From contig CAVYCN010000002.1 of the NCBI GenBank assembly GCA_963767005.1, positions 128,001 to 192,000 of the forward strand: a stretch of DNA of 64,000 nt, given 5' to 3'. The stretch is from an uncultured Actinomycetes bacterium (GTDB lineage Bacteria; Actinomycetota; Thermoleophilia; UBA2241). Below, one piece after another: positions 27,901 through 37,298 of this stretch. A model generated the notes under the pieces. That model worked only from the letters and a program-made list of their open reading frames with translations. It did not search any database and was not told the origin of the DNA. A program made the translations under genes and the position numbers. Within the stretch, counting starts at the first letter, position 1. Every line of letters begins with the position of its first letter.

Positions 27901-29830
27901 GACCAGGGAGCTGCGCATCGACACCACGGCGCCGGTCACCACGGCGACGACGGATCCGAGCGGCTGGAGCAAGGGCTCGGTCACGGTCACCCTCGCGGCG
28001 ACCGATACGGGCGGCTCCGGCCTCGACACCACCTACTACAGGATCGGCGACGGCGACCGGCAGACCTACAGCGCTCCGTTCGAGGTCTCCGACGCGACCC
28101 CGGTCACCTACTGGTCGACCGACAAGGCCGGCAACGCAGAGGACGCGACGGGTAACGTGCTCACGCCGCAGATCGACACCACGGCGCCGGTCACGAGCTC
28201 GGCCGACCTCAGTACGAACGACGACTCCGACTGGCAGCCGGTCTCCGAGGTCGACGTGGTGCTGGCCGCGACCGACACGCAGTCGGGCGTGGCGCAGACC
28301 TACTATCGCCTTGGCTCGAGCGGTCCGTTCAGCCCCTACACAGAGGCGCTCCCGATCTCCGGAGACGGCTCCCACGAAATCGATTACTACTCGGTCGACA
28401 ACGTCGGTAACCCCGAGAAGACCGAGGAGGGCTGGGTCAACATCGACGCCACGCCGCCGACGATCGACGTGAGCGGCCTGCAGTCGGCTCCCGACAGCGG
28501 CTGGCAGACGACCGCCCAGCAGGTGACGCTCGAAGCGCGCGATACCGGCTCGGGCGTGGCCGCGGTCACGTATGCGATCGACGGTGTCGCGCAGCCCGCC
28601 TACGCCCAGCCGTTCACGGTGAGCGGTGACGGCTCGCACGTCGTCACCTACTCCGCGGTCGACGAGGCCGGGAACGTGGCGAGCGGCTACGGCTACGTGA
28701 ACATCGACACGATGGCGCCGCAGACGACGGCCTCGCCCAACGTGGTGGCCGCGCCCGACACCGACTTCGTGCTCGACGCCCAGGACGTGACGCTGACCGC
28801 GTCAGACGGCGAGAGCGGTGTGGCCCATACCTACTACACGCTCGACGGTGGGCCCCAGACCGACTACACCGTGCCGTTCACGGTCGCCGGCGTGGGCTCG
28901 CACACGATCACCTACTGGTCGGTCGACGCCCTCGGCAACCGTGAGGACCCGCACACCGGCTACGTGAACATCGCGCCGGCCGAGGCGCTGCTCACGCTCG
29001 CCACGGGCCTGTCCTCGAACGCTCACAGCGGCTGGACGGCGACGCCGGTGACCGTGGAGCTCACGGCCAACGACGCCGCCCAGCAGAGCGGCACCTACTC
29101 CGTCGTCACGCACTACCGGATCGACGGTAGCGGCTGGCAGACCTACAGCGCGCCGTTCGACATCTCGGCGTCGGGCTCGCATCGCGTCGAGTACTACTCG
29201 AGCGACAGCCTTGGCGCGACCGAGCAGACCAACACCGGCTACGTGAACATCGACACGACGCCGCCGGTGACCGTTGCGAGCGGCCCGACTACGCCGCAGC
29301 GCACTGCCACGGTCGTGACGCTGAACCCGAGCGACGCGCAGTCCGGCGTGGCGTCGACCTTCTACGCGCTCGACAAGCAGGCGCCGCAACGCGGCACGAC
29401 CGTTGTCGTGCCGGCGCCGTCGAACCACTCGATGGACGGCGTCCACACCATCAGCTACTACTCGGTCGACGAGGCCGGCAACGTCGAGGCGGCGCATGTG
29501 TTCACGGTCCGCATCGACACGATCCGTCCGGTGTTCACCTACCGTGGCGCGACGAGCTTCACGGCGCGCAGGAACGGCACGCTCAAGCTGAAGCTGCGGG
29601 CGCGCGACGCCGGCGGCACCTGCACGCTGGTCGTGAAGCTCACCCGCAAGGTCGGGAAGAAGGTCACGACCTACCAGCGCACCGTCGTTGCGCGGCACAC
29701 GAGCAACTGGCAGACGGTCAAGCTGGGCCTGCGCGGCCTGCCGCGCGGCAAGTACACGGTCGTGCTCAGGCTGAGCGACCCGGCTGGCAACCTGTCGACG
29801 GCCAAGACGATCCACCTGACCGTCTCATAG
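24937..29830 (+). pseudogene. Giant secreted FG-GAP beta-propeller + about 12 Ig-like repeats + basic C-terminal domain (about 1630 aa if repaired), frameshifted at 26767
   Basis: Signal peptide, seven D(L/V/F/C)NGDG..D blades and DTTAPVTT...YWSTDKAGN repeats continue across ORFs 24850..27063 and 26903..29830. Extra G at 26767 relative to the otherwise identical copy at 27472-27611. Confidence 0.85.
26724..27611 (+). repeat. 140-bp intragenic direct repeat (26724-26864 and 27472-27611)
   Basis: The copies are identical except GTGGACGACGACC versus GTGGACACGACC. Confidence 0.9.
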
Positions 29831-29887
29831 GATCGAGTGAGAGGACGGCGGACGCCGGCTGAAAGCCGGCGCCCGCCCAAGCGACGT

Positions 29888-29927
29888 CGCGGCGGGCGGC
29901 GGTCCCTGGGGACCGCCGCCCGCCGCG
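29888..29927. terminator. GC-rich hairpin between convergent genes
   Basis: CGCGGCGGGCGGCGGTCCC-TG-GGGACCGCCGCCCGCCGCG. Confidence 0.65.
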
Positions 29928-31133
29928 TCACTTCTCGAGCGGCTCCGCCGTGACCTCGCCCGACGACGCCGGCTGTGGGCCGGCGGCCGCGGCACGGAGC
30001 CGCCGGCGCAGCGGGCGGACGGCGCTCGCCGCCGCGGCCCGCGCCGCGGCGGCGAGCGCGCCGCCCGACCACGCGAGGTACGAGCGGTCGATGCCGCGGC
30101 TGCCCGTCGCCCTGTTGAGCCGGAGCGCCAGGTGCGCGATCGCCGGCCAGGTCGAGGGCGCGATGGTGCAGAGCCGGGTCGCCTGACGCCGCCAGTCGGC
30201 GAGCAGCGCGCCGGCCGTACCGCCCGGCGCGCCCGGCGTGGCCGCGATGGCCGGCAAGGCGTCGGCGAGCGCCCGCGCGGCCTCGAAGCAGGCGGCGCGC
30301 CTGCCGCCTCGGGGTCTGATGCCCCACAGGCAGCCGGCGGCCGCCGGCGACACCGGCCGGCCGCAGGCCGCCGCCAGCGCGCCGCGCGAGGTCTCGATGA
30401 TCGTCCAGCGGTGAGCGCCCGTGCGTGTCGCGGTGAGCCCGCGCGGGTTGTCGCGATAGCCGATCAGCACATCGGGGAGCTGGGCGAGGCCCGTCGAGGC
30501 CGCGAGCGCCACCCAGAGCGCGTAGTCCTGCCCGTTGCGATGGTCCTCTGGATAGCCTCCGGCCGCGAGGGCGAGGTCGCGACGCATAACGACGGACGAG
30601 TGGGCGATGACGTTGCCCGTGAGCAGGCGCCAGCGTAGCTGGGCGTCGTCGGCGGCGAGGTGGGCCGCGCCGAGCACATTGCCCTGCGGGTCGAGGCGGT
30701 CGAAGGCCGTGCCGAGCAGCCCGCACTCGGGGTGAACGGCCAGATAGGCGACCTGGCGCTCGAGCCGCGTCGGGTACGACACGTCGTCGGCGTCGAGGAT
30801 CGCCACCAGGGCGCCACGGGCGGCCTGCAGGCCGCGGTTGCGCGCGGCGCCCGCGCCGACGTTGCTCGCGAGCCTGATCAGGCGCACGCGCGGGTCGTCG
30901 TAGGAGGCCGCGATGCGGGCCGTGTCGTCGCGTGAGGCGTCGTCGATCACGAGCAGCTCGAAGTCGGTGAAGGTCTGGGCGAGACAGCTCGCGATCGCCG
31001 CGCCGATCGTCGCCGCGGCGTCGTGTGCGGCCATGACGACGGAGACCGCGGGCTCGCGACCGTCCCTCGCCGACGCGGCGGGCGGCGCAGGCCCAGGTGG
31101 GGCGGTGGCCGGATCGTCGTGGCGGGCGGGCAT
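29928..31133 (-). CDS. GT2 family glycosyltransferase
   Basis: VSVVMAAHD, LLVIDDASRD, GAGAARN, ILDADD, GQDYALW. Confidence 0.9.
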   Translation of the reverse strand: MPARHDDPATAPPGPAPPAASARDGREPAVSVVMAAHDAAATIGAAIASCLAQTFTDFELLVIDDASRDDTARIAASYDDPRVRLIRLASNVGAGAARNRGLQAARGALVAILDADDVSYPTRLERQVAYLAVHPECGLLGTAFDRLDPQGNVLGAAHLAADDAQLRWRLLTGNVIAHSSVVMRRDLALAAGGYPEDHRNGQDYALWVALAASTGLAQLPDVLIGYRDNPRGLTATRTGAHRWTIIETSRGALAAACGRPVSPAAAGCLWGIRPRGGRRAACFEAARALADALPAIAATPGAPGGTAGALLADWRRQATRLCTIAPSTWPAIAHLALRLNRATGSRGIDRSYLAWSGGALAAAARAAAASAVRPLRRRLRAAAAGPQPASSGEVTAEPLEK

Positions 31134-31138
31134 CGACG

Positions 31139-32947
31139 TCAGCTGTAGATCTGGTAGTCGAAGAGCTTGCGGTACGCGCCGTCCTGGTCGAGCAGCTCGT
31201 CGTGGCTGCCGCGCTCGGCGATCACGCCGTGGTCGAGCACGACGATCTGGTCGGAGCGCTGCACGGTCGACAAGCGGTGGGCGATCACGATCAGCGTCTT
31301 GCGGTGGCGGACGCCGTCGAGCGCCTGCTGGATGAACTGCTCGGACTCGGAGTCGAGCGCGCTCGTGGGCTCGTCGAGGATGAGGACCTCGGGGTCCTGC
31401 AGAAAGACGCGGGCGAGGGCGAGGCGCTGGCGCTCGCCGCCCGACAGCCGCACGCCGCGGTCGCCGACATTGGTCTCGAGGCCGTTCGGCAGGTTCTCGA
31501 CAAAGGACCAGGCGAAGCTCGCCTCGAGCGCGTGCTGGACCTCGTCGGCCGTCGGCTCGCGCTCGAGGCCGTAGACCAGGTTGTTGGCGATCGTGTCGTT
31601 GAACAGCAGGGCGTCCTGGGTCATGAAGCCGATCGCCCGGCGCAGGGAACGCAACTCGAACTCCTGCAGGGGCCGGCCGTCGAGCAGCACCTGGCCATGG
31701 ACCGGGTCGCGCAGGCGCGGGATGAGGTCGACGAGCGTCGACTTGCCCGAGCCCGAGCGGCCGACGATCGCCGTCTGCGAGCGGCAGGGGATCTCGAGGT
31801 CGACACCCTTGAGGACGAGCTCACCGGTCTCGTCGCCGTAAGCGAAGCTCACGTTCTCGAAGCTGATGCCCTGCTCGAGGCTGCGGAAGGGCGTGGTGCC
31901 GCCCACGATGCGGCGCGACGCCTCGGCGCGGTTCAGCACGTCGTGGACGAAGTGCAGGCTGTCGATGTTGGCCGACAGCGCCTGGCGCCCGTTGTTGAAG
32001 ACCTTCACGTTCACGTTGAGCAGCAGCAGGATCACGATGAACAGGCCGATCGTGGCGAGGTTGGCGTGGAGCGCCACGACGCCGAGGAAGATGATGGCGA
32101 AGGCCGTGAGCATCTCGAGCGGGTCGAGTGTGACCTCGACGATGCCGCCCTGGATGAGGATGCGACGCTGCGCCTCGCCGAACCGCCTGACGACGCTGGT
32201 GACGTTGGCGGTCTCGCGCTCCTCCTGGCCGAGCATCTTGATGAGCCGCAGGCCGCCGATGCGCTCGGAGATGACGGCGTAGGTCTCGTTGTTGAGCTGG
32301 GCCGTGTCACGGCCCAGGGCGCGCGAGCGCTTGATGGCGCGGTTCACGAGCAACGAGATGCCGATCAGCGCGGCGATCGTGATCAGCGCCAGCTTGAGCT
32401 GCAGCAGGAGCAGCACGGCCACGTACATGAGGATGAGCCCTCCGGTCGAGATCTGGCCGAGCGTGAGGGTGATGGCGCCGCCGCCGCGCTGCACCTGGGC
32501 GGTGAGGGTGCTGACGAGGGCGCTGCTGCTCTCGCTCACGACGAACGAGAGGTCGCCGTGGACGAGCGCCGCGAAGCCGCGCGAGCGCAGCCGCACCATC
32601 GCCTTCTGGAGCACATGCGACGAGTACCACACGTTCGTCAGGTACACGATCTCGCGCAGGATGATGGGCACGAAGGCCAGCACCAGCAGGTTGAACAGCG
32701 AGACCTGCAGACCGAGCGCGCCCAGCAGCCGGTAGAGGAAGGCGCCGAAGAGACCGCCCTTGTGGCTCGCGTTGCCGTACTGGATGTACTGCAGCACCGG
32801 CGACAGCATACCGGCGGACACGGCCTGGCAGGCGGCCACGATCACCGACAGCGCGACCAGCACGACGATCTCGCGGTTGGTGATCGACAGGAGGGTCGAG
32901 AGCTCGCTGAGCGGCAGGAGCCGACGTCGCTTTCTTGGACCGGTCAC
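31139..32947 (-). CDS. ABC exporter TMD-NBD fusion (MsbA/PglK/HepA-like, possible glycan flippase)
   Basis: GRSGSGKST, LSGGERQR, ILDEPTSALD, IAHRLST, N-terminal TM helices. GTG start inferred. Co-oriented with the GT2 gene. Confidence 0.9.
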   Translation of the reverse strand: MTGPRKRRRLLPLSELSTLLSITNREIVVLVALSVIVAACQAVSAGMLSPVLQYIQYGNASHKGGLFGAFLYRLLGALGLQVSLFNLLVLAFVPIILREIVYLTNVWYSSHVLQKAMVRLRSRGFAALVHGDLSFVVSESSSALVSTLTAQVQRGGGAITLTLGQISTGGLILMYVAVLLLLQLKLALITIAALIGISLLVNRAIKRSRALGRDTAQLNNETYAVISERIGGLRLIKMLGQEERETANVTSVVRRFGEAQRRILIQGGIVEVTLDPLEMLTAFAIIFLGVVALHANLATIGLFIVILLLLNVNVKVFNNGRQALSANIDSLHFVHDVLNRAEASRRIVGGTTPFRSLEQGISFENVSFAYGDETGELVLKGVDLEIPCRSQTAIVGRSGSGKSTLVDLIPRLRDPVHGQVLLDGRPLQEFELRSLRRAIGFMTQDALLFNDTIANNLVYGLEREPTADEVQHALEASFAWSFVENLPNGLETNVGDRGVRLSGGERQRLALARVFLQDPEVLILDEPTSALDSESEQFIQQALDGVRHRKTLIVIAHRLSTVQRSDQIVVLDHGVIAERGSHDELLDQDGAYRKLFDYQIYS

Positions 32948-33292
32948 CGCACTCCCTGCAGCCAGACGACGAGACGGGCCGCCCGCGAAAGGGCCCGAGC
33001 GAGCCGCCTGACACTGCGGGCGCCGGCGGCCGGGCTTCGTGCGGGTGCGGCCCGACACAGTCTAGACGCTCGCGGGCCGCACCCTCAACTCGGAGCCGGG
33101 CCGTGAACGGCCCGGCGCCGCTCGCAGATCCGGCGGCAGGCAGGCAAGAGCGCCTTGCTCGCCACCGCCAGAGTATGATTGCGCGGCCACTGGGCGAGCC
33201 GAGCCCTCGGCCGGGCATGGCGATCGCTCCCGAGGCGTTGTGGGCGGCGCCCGCAAGGGGTCGCGAGTACAGGTGAGGACGGGGGCGAGCAG

Positions 33293-34795
33293 ATGAGCGA
33301 AAACGGGGCGACACACGAGCTGGCCCGCGATCAGGTCGGCCTCATGGCGGCGCTCTTCCAGTCGATCACCTCGATGGCCCCCGGGGCCGCCATCGCGGCG
33401 TCGGTCCCGCTCGGCGCGGCCTTCGCCGGCGGTGCGCTGCCGCTGTCGGTCCTGATCGCCTTCGTCGGCATCCTCTTCACGGCGGGCGCCATCGGGCAGC
33501 TCGCCAAGCACATCCCCGCGGCCGGCTCCGTCGCGACCTACAACGCCGTCGGTCTCTGGCCGCCGATCGGCTTCATGGTCGGCTGGGCGTACGCCGCCGT
33601 CGAGGTGCTGATCGTGCCGCTCGTCATGCTCCAGCTCGGCTACACCGTGGCCGGCGAGTGGCACTCCGAGAGCGCCGGCTTTCCGCTCGGCGCCTGGTGG
33701 GTCTTCATGCTGGCCGGCACGATCCTGGTCTGCTGGCTCGTGTACCGTGGCGTCAGGACATCGACCGAGACCGGCGTCTGGCTCGGCTTCGTCGAGATCA
33801 TCGTGTTCCTCACGCTGGCGATCGTCCTGATCGTGAAGGCCGGCGATCACAACACCCTGGCGGTCTTCGGCACGCACTACGCCAACGCCAAGGGCTTCAC
33901 CGGCTTCTCGGGGGTGTTCGCCGGCGCGGTCGGCGCCCTCCTTGCCTTCTCGGGGTTCGAGGCGGCCGCTCCGCTCGCCGAGGAGACCAGGAACCCGCGT
34001 CGCAACGTGCCGCGCGCCGTGATCGGCGCGACCGTCGCGATCGGCGCGCTCTACATCTTCACCACGTATGCGGCCGACGTCGCCTTCGGGCCGAGCAAGT
34101 TCCTCGGCTTCGCCTCGTCGGCCAACGGCGTGCCCTGGGACGGCCTGGCGCGCACCGTGTCGGGCGTGTTCTGGCTGCTCGTCCTGATCGCCATCATCAA
34201 CTCGACGCTCGCCAACGCGAACTCGGGCACCAACGTCTTCACGCGCACGGCGTACGCGTTCGGCCGGGTGGGCGCCTTCCCGCGCGTCTGCGCCGACCTG
34301 CACCCGAAGTTCAAGTCGCCGCGTGTCGGCGTGCTGATCGAGCTCGTCCTGAGCTGCTCGCTGGGCCTGGGCCTGGGGCTCAAGTACTCGCCCCAGGTCG
34401 CCTTCGGCATCATCGGCACCGGCCTCGTCGTCATGGTCGTGCCGGTCTACATGATCACGAACCTCGCCTGCATCGGGTACTTCGCGCGGCACCGCAAGGA
34501 GGAACAGCACCTGCTCTACCACGTGGTCGTGCCGCTGGTCGGCTTCGCCTTCCTGCTGCCCGGTTTCATGAGCGCGGCCGGCATCACCGGCGTCCCCGGC
34601 CTCAAGTTCATCGTGGCCCTCGCCTCGCCGTACAAGTACGCGGCCTACGGCATGGCGGCGTGGGCCGTCGTCGGCGTGATCGTGCTGCTCGTGCTGAACT
34701 CGCGCAACGCCCGCGCCGTGGCCGCCGTGGCCCAGATCCATTTCGAGGACGACGTCACCGTCGCCGCACCGGGAGCGGCCCCAAAGGGCAAGTAG
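33293..34795 (+). CDS. APC family amino acid/polyamine permease
   Basis: QSITSMAPG, IPAAGS, FSGFEAAAPLAEETRNPRRNVPRA, about 12 TM segments. Confidence 0.9.
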   Translation: MSENGATHELARDQVGLMAALFQSITSMAPGAAIAASVPLGAAFAGGALPLSVLIAFVGILFTAGAIGQLAKHIPAAGSVATYNAVGLWPPIGFMVGWAYAAVEVLIVPLVMLQLGYTVAGEWHSESAGFPLGAWWVFMLAGTILVCWLVYRGVRTSTETGVWLGFVEIIVFLTLAIVLIVKAGDHNTLAVFGTHYANAKGFTGFSGVFAGAVGALLAFSGFEAAAPLAEETRNPRRNVPRAVIGATVAIGALYIFTTYAADVAFGPSKFLGFASSANGVPWDGLARTVSGVFWLLVLIAIINSTLANANSGTNVFTRTAYAFGRVGAFPRVCADLHPKFKSPRVGVLIELVLSCSLGLGLGLKYSPQVAFGIIGTGLVVMVVPVYMITNLACIGYFARHRKEEQHLLYHVVVPLVGFAFLLPGFMSAAGITGVPGLKFIVALASPYKYAAYGMAAWAVVGVIVLLVLNSRNARAVAAVAQIHFEDDVTVAAPGAAPKGK

Positions 34796-34829
34796 TGGGG
34801 TAACGACCGCAGTTCGAGGAGGCACAGGC

Positions 34830-35732
34830 ATGACAACGCTCACCGTGAGCAAGGACCACAGCATCCTGCGGATGTCGCGCCACGCGGCGCCGGTGGCGCG
34901 CATCGCCTCGGGTGACAGCATCCGGCTCGAGACGGCCGACTGCTTTTCGGACCAGGTCACCGGGCCGGCCGACGTCAGGGGCCTCGACTGGGACACGGTC
35001 AACCCGGCCACCGGCCCGATCCTGATCGAGGACGCCGGGCCCGGCGACGTGCTCGCCGTGCGCATCGAGCGCCTCGAGACGAGCGGCCACGGCATCATGT
35101 GCACCGGCGGCGGCTGGGGCGTGCTCGGCGACCGCATCGACGAGCTGACCTGGCGCTTCCTCGACGTCGGCAGCGCCGGCGCGAGCTGGGAAGGCGGCCC
35201 GGCCGTGCCGCTCAAGCCCATGATCGGCGTCATCGGCGTGGCGCCGGCCGGCGCCGACGTGCCGTGTGGCACGCCGGGTCCGCACGGCGGCAACATGGAC
35301 ACCCGCCTGATCGGCGAGGGCGCCACGCTGTACCTGCCCGTGCAGGTGCCCGGCGCGCTGCTCGCCGCCGGCGACCTGCACGCCGCCATGGGCGACGGCG
35401 AGGTCGCCGTGACCGGCGTCGAGGTGGCCGGAGCCGTCACGCTGCGGGTGACGCTGCGCCGCGACCTGCGGCTGAGCGACCCGGTGGTCGAAAACGACGA
35501 GCTCGTCGCCGCCATCGCGTCGGCCGCGACGCTCGACGAGGCGGCCGCCCTGGCGACCCGTGCCATGGCCGACCTGCTCCACGAGCGCCTCGGCCTCGAC
35601 ATGGCCGAGGCCGTGATGCTCATGAGCGCGGGCGGCCACGTGCGCGTTTCGCAGATGGTCGACCCGCTGCGTACCGTGCGGTTCGAGATGCCCAAGGCGC
35701 TCTACGAGTCGTCCCACGGGGCGCTGCTGTAG
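34830..35732 (+). CDS. Acetamidase/formamidase family protein
   Basis: NPATGPI, PMIGVIGVAP, PGPHGGNMD, GDLHAAMGDGEV. SD GAGGAGG. Confidence 0.9.
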   Translation: MTTLTVSKDHSILRMSRHAAPVARIASGDSIRLETADCFSDQVTGPADVRGLDWDTVNPATGPILIEDAGPGDVLAVRIERLETSGHGIMCTGGGWGVLGDRIDELTWRFLDVGSAGASWEGGPAVPLKPMIGVIGVAPAGADVPCGTPGPHGGNMDTRLIGEGATLYLPVQVPGALLAAGDLHAAMGDGEVAVTGVEVAGAVTLRVTLRRDLRLSDPVVENDELVAAIASAATLDEAAALATRAMADLLHERLGLDMAEAVMLMSAGGHVRVSQMVDPLRTVRFEMPKALYESSHGALL

Positions 35733-35739
35733 GCCGGCG

Positions 35740-35775
35740 GGCGGCGGTGGCCGGCTGCAGCCGGCCACCGCCGCC
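35740..35775. terminator. Perfect 36-bp palindrome after the amidase gene
   Basis: GGCGGCGGTGGCCGGCTG|CAGCCGGCCACCGCCGCC. Confidence 0.6.
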
Positions 35776-36057
35776 GATCGCCGCGAGGACCCGGCCAAAA
35801 CGGGTACACTTACCGGTGAAAGCGCCGACTCTCAGAGGCGCACAGATTGGCACATGCCGATCGCCCGGCGCACAGCGGCGAAGCGCCCTGGCACCGGGGG
35901 ACGGACCGGTCTGTGAGGACCCCGCCTTCAGTACGAAATAGAGCGACTTCTACTGGTTGCAGCACATGGCGGCGTCCCGTAGGCTTGTGCCGTCCGAGCG
36001 AAGCTCAGGTGTGCACAGATTCCACCATGAGCCACAACCCAGAGGCTAGGGAGAGAC

Positions 36058-37269
36058 ATGAAGGAACGGAATCTTCTCGAGGATCTGGTCGCGGTCAGTC
36101 CCGGCATGGAGATCTGGTGGGATTCTTCGCCGGTCATCTTCGGCAACTGGTGCAAGAAGATGCTCGCGAAGGCCGAGCCCGGCGACCAGGGCACGCTCAA
36201 GGCCCAGTTCGCCCGCATGTACGACACCGGCGACCCGCAGCATCAGCTCTTCCGCGGCGTCACCACCAACCCGCCCCTTTCGCTCGCGGCCTTCAAGGAC
36301 GACCCGCCCTACTGGCGGGCCGTGGCCGCCGACATCCTCAAGCAGCACAGCGACCTCGACGTCGAGGGCCTCTTCTGGGTGCTCTACAAAGAGGTCGTCA
36401 AGCGCGGTTCCGACATGTTCCTGCCGCTCTTCGAGGCCTCGGGCCACAAAGAGGGCTTCCTCTCCGGCCAGTGCGACCCGCGCAGCGCCTTCGACAAGGA
36501 CGCCATGCTCAAGCAGGCCGCCGAGATCCACGCGGTCAACCCGAACGTCATGGTCAAGGTGCCCGGCACCGCCGAGGGCTACGAAGTGATCGAGGAGCTC
36601 ACGGCACAGGGCATCGCCACCAACAACACGCTCACCTTCGTGCTGCCCCAGCTCATGGACTGCGCCAAGTCGGTCATGCGCGGCCTCGAGAGGGCCCGCG
36701 CCAACGGCGTCGACCTCTCGAACTGGCGCTCGGTCATCACGCACATGGAGGCCCGCTACGGCGACCTCGGCGGCCTGCGCGAGTTCGGCGCCGAGAAGGG
36801 CATCGAGGTCACCGAGGGCGAGGTCCGCCTGGCCGAGCTTGCCATCTTCAAGAAGGCCTACCGGATCCTGAGCGAGCGCGCCTACCAGAGCAAGATGCTG
36901 TCCTGCTCCCTGCGCGTGGGCCCGACGGTCGATGGCAAGCTGCGTCTCTGGCACCTCGAAGAGAAGGCCGGCGCGGCCGTCGTCGTCACCTGCCCGCCGA
37001 GCTTCATCGACGAGTGCATCAACTTCCCGGATGCCGAGAACATCAGGTTCGAGCCGCACCGCATCGACGTCGATCCGCCGAAGGCGGTCATGGACAAGCT
37101 CATGCGCATCCCGTACTTCGAGCGCGCTTACGAAGAGGACGGCTACACGAGGGCCGAGTACAACACTCATCCCGCTCTCATGAAGACTGCCGACGCGTTC
37201 TCAAAGGCGACGCAGGAGATGGTCGACTTCGCCGCGAGCTGCCTCGAGGGCAGCCGCGTCAGCGCCTGA
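36058..37269 (+). CDS. Divergent transaldolase-fold (class I Schiff-base aldolase) protein
   Basis: WWDS, GVTTNPP, VMVKVPGT and NNTLTF retained. SGQCDP and THMEAR replace the canonical SIEVSP and SFFVSR. Confidence 0.85.
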   Translation: MKERNLLEDLVAVSPGMEIWWDSSPVIFGNWCKKMLAKAEPGDQGTLKAQFARMYDTGDPQHQLFRGVTTNPPLSLAAFKDDPPYWRAVAADILKQHSDLDVEGLFWVLYKEVVKRGSDMFLPLFEASGHKEGFLSGQCDPRSAFDKDAMLKQAAEIHAVNPNVMVKVPGTAEGYEVIEELTAQGIATNNTLTFVLPQLMDCAKSVMRGLERARANGVDLSNWRSVITHMEARYGDLGGLREFGAEKGIEVTEGEVRLAELAIFKKAYRILSERAYQSKMLSCSLRVGPTVDGKLRLWHLEEKAGAAVVVTCPPSFIDECINFPDAENIRFEPHRIDVDPPKAVMDKLMRIPYFERAYEEDGYTRAEYNTHPALMKTADAFSKATQEMVDFAASCLEGSRVSA

Positions 37270-37298
37270 CTTCTAGGCCCGACGAAAGGACGATGAGA

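Noticed and set aside
35848-35865. Sigma-54 promoter (TTGGCAC...)
   Set aside because: No TTGC/GC at the required -12 spacing.
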